This document shows, piece by piece, positions 49,986 through 58,289 of a stretch of 64,000 nt of DNA. Below the pieces are notes generated by a model that saw nothing but the letters and a program-made list of their open reading frames with translations, had not been told where the DNA came from and did no database searches. Position 1 is the stretch's first letter, and each line of letters opens with the position of its first letter. The position numbers and the translations under genes were made by a program. The stretch spans positions 1,408,001 through 1,472,000 of the forward strand of contig OY759599.1 of NCBI GenBank assembly GCA_963662465.1, given 5' to 3'. Origin of the DNA: Desulfatiglandales bacterium. GTDB lineage: Bacteria; Desulfobacterota; DSM-4660; Desulfatiglandales; Desulfatiglandaceae.

Positions 49986-52900
49986 GAATCGACCGTCTCG
50001 ACCTCATGGCCTATGGCCCCTTCACGGATAAGTCCTTAGACCTTTCTGATGGGGCATCAGGTTTACATCTCATCTATGGCGACAATGAAGCCGGTAAAAG
50101 CACATCGTTGAGAGCGCTTGTTGCCTGGTTGTTCGGAATTCCCGTTCAGACAAACGATAGCTTTCTTCATGCCAATCCGCAGCTTCGGATCGGTGGAAAA
50201 TTGAGGTTGTCCGATGGAAACGAAATCGAGTTTGTAAGGCGAAAGGGCGCCAAGGGCACTTTGCTCAAATATGGTACGGATGATCCTCTTGAGGACACTG
50301 TTCTTGCGCCGTTTTTACCTGGCGGCATCGACGAAAATCTATTTATAAAACTCTGGGGAATAGACCATGGCAGGTTGATTGCCGGCGGCCAGGAGCTGCT
50401 GGACCAATCCGGGGATCTTGGGCAGGCGCTATTCAGCGCGGCGGTTGGTACGGCAAATCTTCGAGATGTATTGACGGCTCTGCAAAATAGCGCGGATGCT
50501 ATTTTCAAACCACGACGTCGCAAAACAGCGCTGAACCAGTCGATTTCAAATTTCAAGGACGCCCAAAAGAGAATGAAGGATGCCGGTTTGCCGGTTTCCG
50601 AATGGAAGAAACTGCAAAAAGGCTTATCGGATACGGTTGCGGCTATTGCGCACGTCGAAAAAGACCTCGAGTTAAAAGGCAAAGCCAAGAGTTGCCTGGA
50701 ACGCGTTAATCGCGTCAAGGGAGCACTGGCCCAGCGGCGAACTGTTCTGGAGAAAATTGACGAATTGGGACAAGTGTTGCTGCTGCCGGAAGATTTCGAA
50801 GAAAGAAGAAAGACCGCCGGCGACAATCTTCAAATTGCTGGTGAGAGAAAGGAAAGACTTGAGACGAAGCTTGCAAGCCTGACCGAAGAATCGGAAACAT
50901 TAAACGTTCGTAATGAGTTGCTTGAAAACGAAGAAGCGATCCTGGCGCTATACAGAGAACTGGGTGCGGTTGAAAAGACACTTAAAGATCGACCACAGCA
51001 AGATGGCAAGCGCCGGTTGTTGCGCAACGAAGCCGAGACGCTGCTCAAAAGTGTGCGTCCTGATGTGGGATTGGACCAATCCGATGTTTTACGGCCGCTT
51101 CTCAACAATAAAAAGTGGATCTCCGGTCTGGCGCAAAAACACGGCCTGTTGACGCACAGGAAAGCGCGGGCTGAAGAGACCCTGAGAGATATTGAGGACC
51201 AGCGGAAATCGCTTTGTAACGAATTCGACCATAAGCCGCAATCGGAACTCGATCTAAAAGAATTGAAAGCCGCAATTGCCGCAGCCCGCAAAGCGGGTGA
51301 TGTAGAGCGACGTTTGGCTGAAGTACGGAAACGGGCCGCTGAGGAAGATGCGGCGTGCAAAAGCGAGCTTGCGAGACTTGGCAGGTTCACGGGGGCGGTT
51401 GGGTCGCTGTTGAAGGTGGCCATGCCCGTGTCTGAGACACTCGACGCTTTTGAAAAAGAGAACGACGCGCTGTCCGAAAGCGTGAAGGACACGATACGCA
51501 AACGGCATGAGGCCGAAGGGGAGAAAACGCAGACAGCGCAGGAATTGAAGGCGCTGTTGCTGACAAGCGATGTGCCGACAATGGCTGAACTGGCGGCATC
51601 ACGAGAGGTTCGCAATACGGGGTGGCGTTTAATAAAACAAAAATATATTGAACAAAGCGTTATCGGAAAGGAACTTTCGGAATACGCACCCGATTCCGAT
51701 CTGCCAACGGTCTACGAGCAGAAAGTCGATCATGCTGATCACGTATCGGATCGCCTTCGATTGGCTGCCGACCAAGTGGTGAAAAGGGCGGATTATGAGG
51801 CAAAAATAGAAAACCTGGAATCGCGGATCGATGGTCTGGCAGAAGCCGTCGAAAAGGTAACCGATGCCCAAAAGGCCTACCAGGAGAGATGGTCTGCGAT
51901 CTGGGCGCCTCTGGGAATCGATGCTGGAACGCCAAGAGAGATGAAGCAATGGCTTCTCAGAGTGGAAAACCTTGTCGAAAAGGTCCAGGCGGCAAATGCG
52001 GTCTCCGTGGATGAACAAAATCTTACCGGAGAATGCGAGCGGTTGAAGGAAGCGGTATCGACTCAGATCGTTAAATTCGATGCATCGCTCGACCATGGGG
52101 GCATGAGCCTTGAGGCCTTGATATCGTTGTGTGAACAGCGGGTAGCGGAGGAGGAAGGGGTTCGCGAGCGACGACGACAGCTTGAACAATTACTGAACGA
52201 AGCCGAAATTCGGTTAAAAAGAACGCAGGTTGAACTTAAATCAATCGATACGGAGCTATCGAATTGGTCACAAGAATGGGGTCAAGCCATCGAAGGGTTG
52301 GGCCTGAAATCAAACGTTCACCCGGAATATGCCGCCGAAACATTCGACCAGCTCGTGTCTTTCTTTGACAAATTCGACAAGTCTGAAGCGCTGCGTAAGC
52401 GAATATACGGAATGGATCAGGTCGAGGAGAAATTTGAAAAAAAGGTATTCGAATTTGCTGGCGGCATTGGTTTTAACCGGAATGGACAAGCGGCGGCCGC
52501 CACAATTACCGCGCAGTTGCATCGAGATTTGAATACCGCGCGTGAAGCTCGCGCAAGCCTGACCAAAATACAGACGCAAATCAAAGAAATAAAAGAGGAC
52601 ATCGAGGATGCCGACATCACGATTCGAACGTCAGGAGACCAGCTTGCCGCATTGAGGGAGCAGGCCGGTGTGGATACGGACGAAGCGCTGATAGCGGCGG
52701 GCGAAAAATCGCGCAATAAACGTGAAATTCAAAAGAATCTCGATATGCTCGAGCAGGAACTCAATCGCAATGGAGACGGCCTTAGCATCAAAGCGCTGGA
52801 AAAGGAGTCCGAAGAATCTGAGATCGATTCAACCGAAGGGGAACTCGAAAAAATCTCTATTGAGCTGAAGGAGCTTCAGGCAAATCGCGATAGTTTGCGC

Positions 52901-53497
52901 GATCAGCGGCAGACGCTGCAAAACGAAATGAAAGCAAAAGACGGCAGCGCCGCGGCAGCCAACGCCTCTGAAGAAGCGGAAGAACATTTCGCCGGCATGG
53001 TTTCAAATGCCGAACAGTATCTCCGTCTCCAAATTGCCGCACTCATCCTTGAGCAACGAATTGAGAACTACCGAAAGGCAAACCAGGCGCCTGTTCTGGC
53101 CAGGGCGGGTGAACTTTTTTCAACGCTTACCCTGGGCTCTTATGCGGGTCTCCGCGACGAGCTGAACGACGCAGGCAAGCCGATTTTGCTCGGTTTGCGG
53201 CCGGACGATAAAGAGGTGGCGGTCAATGGCATGAGCGATGGGTCAAGAGATCAGCTCTATCTATCGCTGCGTCTTGCCACTCTCGAACAGCATTTGAGCA
53301 AGGGCGAACCAACGCCCTTCGTTGTGGACGACATTCTCATTGGCTTTGACGATAGCCGTACCAGGGTCTGTCTCGAGGTTTTGGCGGAACTGGCAGCCAG
53401 CACCCAGGTGCTGCTTTTTACCCATCACAGGCGCGTTCTTGAACTGGCGGAGGCGATTGACGCAAAAGCAGGCATATACACCCATGATCTCGCTTGA
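49982..53497 (+). CDS. YhaN-family SMC-like ATPase (AAA_27)
   Basis: IYGDNEAGKST, long coiled coil, MSDGSRDQLYL.LRLA, PFVVDD, LLFTHH. Confidence 0.92.
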   Translation: MRIDRLDLMAYGPFTDKSLDLSDGASGLHLIYGDNEAGKSTSLRALVAWLFGIPVQTNDSFLHANPQLRIGGKLRLSDGNEIEFVRRKGAKGTLLKYGTDDPLEDTVLAPFLPGGIDENLFIKLWGIDHGRLIAGGQELLDQSGDLGQALFSAAVGTANLRDVLTALQNSADAIFKPRRRKTALNQSISNFKDAQKRMKDAGLPVSEWKKLQKGLSDTVAAIAHVEKDLELKGKAKSCLERVNRVKGALAQRRTVLEKIDELGQVLLLPEDFEERRKTAGDNLQIAGERKERLETKLASLTEESETLNVRNELLENEEAILALYRELGAVEKTLKDRPQQDGKRRLLRNEAETLLKSVRPDVGLDQSDVLRPLLNNKKWISGLAQKHGLLTHRKARAEETLRDIEDQRKSLCNEFDHKPQSELDLKELKAAIAAARKAGDVERRLAEVRKRAAEEDAACKSELARLGRFTGAVGSLLKVAMPVSETLDAFEKENDALSESVKDTIRKRHEAEGEKTQTAQELKALLLTSDVPTMAELAASREVRNTGWRLIKQKYIEQSVIGKELSEYAPDSDLPTVYEQKVDHADHVSDRLRLAADQVVKRADYEAKIENLESRIDGLAEAVEKVTDAQKAYQERWSAIWAPLGIDAGTPREMKQWLLRVENLVEKVQAANAVSVDEQNLTGECERLKEAVSTQIVKFDASLDHGGMSLEALISLCEQRVAEEEGVRERRRQLEQLLNEAEIRLKRTQVELKSIDTELSNWSQEWGQAIEGLGLKSNVHPEYAAETFDQLVSFFDKFDKSEALRKRIYGMDQVEEKFEKKVFEFAGGIGFNRNGQAAAATITAQLHRDLNTAREARASLTKIQTQIKEIKEDIEDADITIRTSGDQLAALREQAGVDTDEALIAAGEKSRNKREIQKNLDMLEQELNRNGDGLSIKALEKESEESEIDSTEGELEKISIELKELQANRDSLRDQRQTLQNEMKAKDGSAAAANASEEAEEHFAGMVSNAEQYLRLQIAALILEQRIENYRKANQAPVLARAGELFSTLTLGSYAGLRDELNDAGKPILLGLRPDDKEVAVNGMSDGSRDQLYLSLRLATLEQHLSKGEPTPFVVDDILIGFDDSRTRVCLEVLAELAASTQVLLFTHHRRVLELAEAIDAKAGIYTHDLA

Positions 53498-53559
53498 ATA
53501 TAAAGGCGAATGGGGGCGCACCAGGTTAACCATTTGATCTGGTAAAAAGGAAAACCGAA

Positions 53560-53608
53560 GCTTTGTGGCTATATACCGTAAGGCAACGGGACGACTTCGA
53601 GTACTGGA
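53560..53608 (+). repeat. 49-bp copy of internal DUF1848 sequence
   Basis: Matches 20032-20080 with 2 mismatches. Confidence 0.85.
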
Positions 53609-53712
53609 GGGCATCGTCGCTTATGACCGCGCGGAATCTCAGGGCAACGCTTATTTCGGACAGATCAACATGATCGCGGCGTCTTCATTTTGAAGAATAC
53701 GGCGAGGAGGTG

Positions 53713-53737
53713 CGTTCCCACGCGGAGCATGGGAACG
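53713..53737. repeat. REP-like palindrome interrupted at its 3' foot by the intron
   Basis: CGTTCCCACGCGGAGCATGGGAACG; continues AG after the intron. Confidence 0.8.
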
Positions 53738-55640
53738 GTGCGCCTGTGAAGGCGCTTTATCAGTGCGGTGAAAGTCCGTACCGGAGTATGCCATAGCTCC
53801 GTAGCCGAAGGTAACTGCGTCGCCGCGAGGCGGGGTGGAGAGCAACCGGAGGCGAAAAGTCAGTCCGTAGGATGACGAACCCGATTCGGTGTCATGTGGT
53901 GGCGAGCCTACCGTTCCATGGTGAAGCCTGAAACTCACAGACCACGCTGTAATGGCGGTTAAAGCGATGGTTTGACGGCATGGTATGTTTGGGGTCGGAA
54001 TGACTGGAAGGTAAAGCGAGATAAGCAGGGAGACCTGTCTCTTGGGGTGACAGGAGGCAGGAGTCAGAGTCCTCATAGTACCGTAGCGACAGAACGGTCC
54101 TGCTAAGAAGGCTTACGGCGTGAGACCAGTACCCGCCGCCTGCGTCGGATACCGGGTTGTGAAAAGCGCGGATAGCAAAACCGTGCCGAGGGAAGGAGGA
54201 TAGGAAGATAGATACGGAAAGGTCATATAGATGCAGCTAAATCAAGCAGTCTCGGCAGTGTTGGAAACAACTAAACGCGAGGCAGAAACCCGATGGGATT
54301 GGGTGGAAGCATCGGTGTGGACGGAACGTATGTTGGCAGCCCTGGGTAACGGGGTGAAAGGTGGTAAATGGTACAGTTTGATGGATAAGGTGTTCGCCTT
54401 GTCGACGCTGGAAGCGGCTTGGGGACGTGTCAAAGCCAATAAAGGAGCGGCAGGGATAGACCGTATCAGCATAAAGCGCTTTAAGGAGCAGGCGGAGAAA
54501 TACCTTGCCGAACTGCATGAAACCTTGAAAGCGGGAACGTACCGACCGGAAGCGGTAAAACGGGTATATATTCCGAAAAGCGACGGCAAACAACGCCCGC
54601 TGGGGATACCCACGGTCAAAGACCGGGTAGTGCAGGCAGCGGTTAAAATGGTTATGGAGCCCATATTCGAGCATGAATTTCTGCCGATGAGTTACGGCTT
54701 CAGGCCGCAAAGAGGTTGCAAGGACGCGTTGCGAGAAGTAGACGCGCTTATTAAGGAAGGCTACACCTTCATACTGGACGCCGACCTGAAAAGTTACTTT
54801 GATACGATTCCGCACGATAAGCTGATGCAACAAGTCGAAATGCGCATCAGCGACGGCAAATTGCTCAATCTGATTCAAATGTTCCTGAAACAGGACGTGA
54901 TGGACGGCTTGGAAAGATGGACACCGACGGGTGGTTCGCCACAAGGGGCGGTAGTCAGCCCCTTGCTTGCGAATATTTACCTGCATCCTCTTGACAGCCT
55001 GATCGCGGAATCAGGTATGCGGATGGTGCGTTACGCGGACGACTTTGTTATCCTCAGCCGCAGTCAAACGGAAGCGGAGAATGCTTTGCAAAAGGTACGG
55101 GAGTGGGTACAGGCTAATGACCTGAGCTTACACCCGGACAAGACGCATCTTGGCGACTGTCGACAAAAGGGTCAGGGATTTGAATTCCTGGGATACCGGT
55201 TTGAGGCAGGAAAGCGCTGGATACGCAGTAAAAGCCGTAAAGCCCTTCGTGATAAAATCCGGGAAGAGACCCGGCGCAAACGTAGCGGAAGTATGGAAAG
55301 CATCATTGATGATCTGAACCCCATGCTTGAAGGCTGGTTTGGTTACTTCAAACACGCCTACCGCACTGAGTTTGCGGCGGTGGATAAGTTTGTCCGCCGA
55401 CGCTTACGCGCCGTATTATTGCGTCGTAACAAACGCAAGGGCTGGGGCAAAAGCCTTGAAGCCCACCGCCGCTGGCCGAATGCCTACTTCGCGAAAATCG
55501 GGCTTTTCACTATGCATGAGGCCCGGTTAGCAGCGTGCCGATCCCGATGAGGAAACTATCGACCGGAGAGCCGTGTGCGGGAGAACCGCATGCACGGTTC
55601 GGAGGGAGGGGAGAGCCAAGAGGCTCTTTCCTACCCCTAT
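53738..55640 (+). mobile_element. Complete group II intron (probably class C-like)
   Basis: 5' GTGCG at 53738; DV GAGCCGTGTGCGGGAGAACCGCATGCACGGTTC; DVI ending ACCCCTAT at 55640. Confidence 0.92.
54231..55550 (+). CDS. ltrA: Group II intron reverse transcriptase/maturase (no endonuclease domain)
   Basis: RPLGIPTVKDR, SYGFRP, PQG, RYADD, FLGY, WPNAYF...GL C-terminus. Confidence 0.95.
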   Translation: MQLNQAVSAVLETTKREAETRWDWVEASVWTERMLAALGNGVKGGKWYSLMDKVFALSTLEAAWGRVKANKGAAGIDRISIKRFKEQAEKYLAELHETLKAGTYRPEAVKRVYIPKSDGKQRPLGIPTVKDRVVQAAVKMVMEPIFEHEFLPMSYGFRPQRGCKDALREVDALIKEGYTFILDADLKSYFDTIPHDKLMQQVEMRISDGKLLNLIQMFLKQDVMDGLERWTPTGGSPQGAVVSPLLANIYLHPLDSLIAESGMRMVRYADDFVILSRSQTEAENALQKVREWVQANDLSLHPDKTHLGDCRQKGQGFEFLGYRFEAGKRWIRSKSRKALRDKIREETRRKRSGSMESIIDDLNPMLEGWFGYFKHAYRTEFAAVDKFVRRRLRAVLLRRNKRKGWGKSLEAHRRWPNAYFAKIGLFTMHEARLAACRSR

Positions 55641-55816
55641 AGGAGAGGAAGCCACCCTATTATCTCGCCTCGAAATCATTTAGTCCGGCACTTTTTCATG
55701 CGATACCCTGGCCGCGTCAAGCATTCTGCTTGATAATCCATTGCATAACATATAAATTAGAAGTTCAATTGCATTTCACTGAAACAAACGTCAAACATTT
55801 CAGCGGAAACCCTCTT

Positions 55817-56707
55817 ATGCATTCCATTGAATCCATACTCAACCGATATCATTTTACCGGCCATGACGAGGAACTCCTTCGGGAAATGTCTGAACTCTTC
55901 AAGCCGGTGAAGGAGAGCTTTGCTGATGAGTTTTACCGGTTTCTCGTAGAAGACAGCGACATGGCCTCTTATTTTGGGACCGATTCCGCCATCGCCAAGC
56001 GAAAAGAGACCATACTCTGGTGGCTCAACGAAGTTCTGACCGCGAGATACGACAGCCGCTTTCTATTAAGAATGGTGCGCATCGGAAAAACCCATGTAAA
56101 AATCGGACTGGACGGTCATTACGTTAATGCGGCCATGGGATTTGTCCGTCGTTACCTGCAGGATTATCTCAACCGCGCCATTACAGAACCCGTGAAGCGG
56201 GAAAACATGATCGAAACCCTGGACAAGGCCCTGGATATCAGCTTGGACATCATGACCAGTTCCTACCGGGAAGCGGAACTGGAAAAGGTTTTTATTTCTC
56301 AACGGGTGGAGTTGTGGCTTGTCAGATGGGCGGAAAAACTGATGCACGGCCTGAACCTGGTCCTCATGATGGGTCTGGTGGCCATGGCTTTGGGCGTAAC
56401 CCTTCTGTTATCCACGGACATTTTTTACGCCCTGACCGAAAGCCTGGAGCGCGGGGTGATCAAAGCCCTTGGAAGCCTGCTGATTCTCTGGATGATGATT
56501 GAACTGCTGCACACACAGGTACAGCAGCTTAAGGGGGGTAAGTTCCATGTTCGAATTTTTGTGGACCTGGCCATGGTTGCCTTTATCCGAAAAGTTTTTG
56601 TGGCCACCATTAATGATAAGGATGCCCTTTCATTCGCTCTGCTGCTGGGAGGTTTGCTGGTGCTCGGCGTGATCTATTTCCTCATTGGCCGCTCTGAAAA
56701 GGATTGA
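55817..56707 (+). CDS. Protoglobin domain + PsiE-like membrane domain protein
   Basis: Globin-sensor motif RIG..HV.IGL...YV; four C-terminal TM helices with IELL and VA.IRK. Confidence 0.8.
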   Translation: MHSIESILNRYHFTGHDEELLREMSELFKPVKESFADEFYRFLVEDSDMASYFGTDSAIAKRKETILWWLNEVLTARYDSRFLLRMVRIGKTHVKIGLDGHYVNAAMGFVRRYLQDYLNRAITEPVKRENMIETLDKALDISLDIMTSSYREAELEKVFISQRVELWLVRWAEKLMHGLNLVLMMGLVAMALGVTLLLSTDIFYALTESLERGVIKALGSLLILWMMIELLHTQVQQLKGGKFHVRIFVDLAMVAFIRKVFVATINDKDALSFALLLGGLLVLGVIYFLIGRSEKD

Positions 56708-56841
56708 AGTATCCCATTCCAAAAAAGGCCAATAACGACAACAAGGAAGGCCTGACCCCGGATACTCAATACCATAATTGACATTGTATCCCATTGCAAT
56801 TATATATGGGATATGAATATTTTCGAAATGGAGGTGAATTT

Positions 56842-57078
56842 ATGAAAACGCAAACAACCATAAGGGTCGATGAAGAAAACTATATACGGGCCAAAAAAAT
56901 ATTGAAATACCTGGGTTTATCGTATTCACAAGCGATTAATGTATTTAATAGCATGATTGTCTCGAATCAAGGGATTCCATTTGAAATAAAAATTCCTAAT
57001 GACCTAACCTTAAAAGCGATGAAAGAGGCGAAGGGATTGGATGGCGAGTTCGTTACTCTCGATCAATTGCAGATATGA
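56842..57078 (+). CDS. dinJ: RelB/DinJ antitoxin
   Basis: IRVDE...A..IL..LGLS.SQAI..F......GIPFE..IPN..T..AM.EA. Confidence 0.88.
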   Translation: MKTQTTIRVDEENYIRAKKILKYLGLSYSQAINVFNSMIVSNQGIPFEIKIPNDLTLKAMKEAKGLDGEFVTLDQLQI

Positions 57079-57350
57079 TCCTCATGAGGTTATTCAGAAC
57101 AAAAACCTTCAGAAAAGATTATCAGAAACTTAAAGCAACTGATAAACAATATGAGAGATATATCAAGTATCTATCCTTAATGCTGGATGAAAAGACACTG
57201 CCCGCGGAAGCTCGAGATCACACTTTGATTGGTAACTACTTGGGCTTTAGGGAATTCCACATTGGAGGAGATTTACTGGTTATATATTGTATCAAAGATG
57301 AGATTATCAGGTTGACAAGGATTGGAACTCATTCTCAGTTATACAGATGA
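57075..57350 (+). CDS. yafQ: YafQ-family mRNA interferase toxin
   Basis: F.KD, RDH.L.G.Y.G.REFHI..DLL.IY, RIGTHS.L. Confidence 0.9.
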   Translation: MILMRLFRTKTFRKDYQKLKATDKQYERYIKYLSLMLDEKTLPAEARDHTLIGNYLGFREFHIGGDLLVIYCIKDEIIRLTRIGTHSQLYR

Positions 57351-57617
57351 ACAGCTCAATGCCTTCCCTTGTGTAGTGGTCCATTTTGGTCGATCCTTAA
57401 GCCGATTTTTTCTATCCTCATCTCCTGCCGGATCCACTGCCCTGTTGAAACGACTGTATGATTTTCTTGAGGTTCGTATTCTGTTTTCCAGCTCCGTTGC
57501 GCTTGCCATGCAGGCTTCCGCTCACGACCTGTCCCGCCGGGTGAGGCTGTACCCTGATCCGGCGGTTTTCCATAGGGCATTCTTCATGCCCTTCATGGTA
57601 AATGCGGTTCTACCGTG

Positions 57618-57905
57618 TCAGGGAAACAGTTCGCGGTCTGCGTCACAGACCCGTTCATAAGGATGGGCGTCATTCATGGGTGTTGAACCGCGGCCTGCCG
57701 CATTACGCATGTCCACGACAATTTGCCGGACAGCGGTTTTGAAGCGCCCTTTAAGCTTCGGGGTAAGGTCCTCGCCGTAAGGGATTTCGGTTCCGATTTC
57801 GATGCCGTAGAGCAGGGTGGTTCGCGGGATATTCAAACTGAGGGCGTGTTCCAGGGCCCTGACCGCATGATGTCCCACCCCGTCGTTCGAGAGCATCGTT
57901 TAGGG
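57618..57905 (-). pseudogene. Hydrogenase maturation protease, internally deleted
   Basis: P.MLSNDGVGHHAVRAL joined directly to C-terminal LYGIE....YGE.LTP. Confidence 0.65.
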
Positions 57906-57938
57906 GTTCAGTAAAAATTAACAACGTCTCTTCCTCCT

Positions 57939-58271
57939 CTAATAATTCTCCCACTCACATTCAAGTCCCGCCATTACCAATGCAAGGCAGTCCTCCTCTG
58001 TTGGAGCATCGGAATCCGTACCACCCACAACTCCCTCCAATTGATCATTGGTCAGCTCATAGTTGGAATCAAGGTTGGAGGGTGGTAAATGCAACAGTTT
58101 GCTATTGGCGATTCTCTCGATCACATCCGGAACCACACCCTCCGGTACAATAATTCCTCTTTCCCTGAAGACCCTCTCCGGGTCATCGCACAGTTCGGTC
58201 ATTAAATTGGGATCTCGCCAAGCATGAAAAACCAACTTGAGACAAGCCTCTTTAAATTCATCTTGATCCAT
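57939..58271 (-). CDS. NHLP-leader (nitrile hydratase-like) RiPP precursor
   Basis: AWRDP.....L..DP...F...G...P leader; ELTNDQLEGVVGG cleavage motif; core TDSDAPTEEDCLALVMAGLECEWENY; AAGGAG RBS. Confidence 0.85.
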   Translation of the reverse strand: MDQDEFKEACLKLVFHAWRDPNLMTELCDDPERVFRERGIIVPEGVVPDVIERIANSKLLHLPPSNLDSNYELTNDQLEGVVGGTDSDAPTEEDCLALVMAGLECEWENY

Positions 58272-58289
58272 ATTGATCTCTCCTTTCCT

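Noticed and set aside
40676..55550. Diversity-generating retroelement (DUF1566 target plus RT)
   Set aside because: No template repeat matching the DUF1566 3' end was found, and the RT lies inside a complete group II intron with YADD and maturase features.
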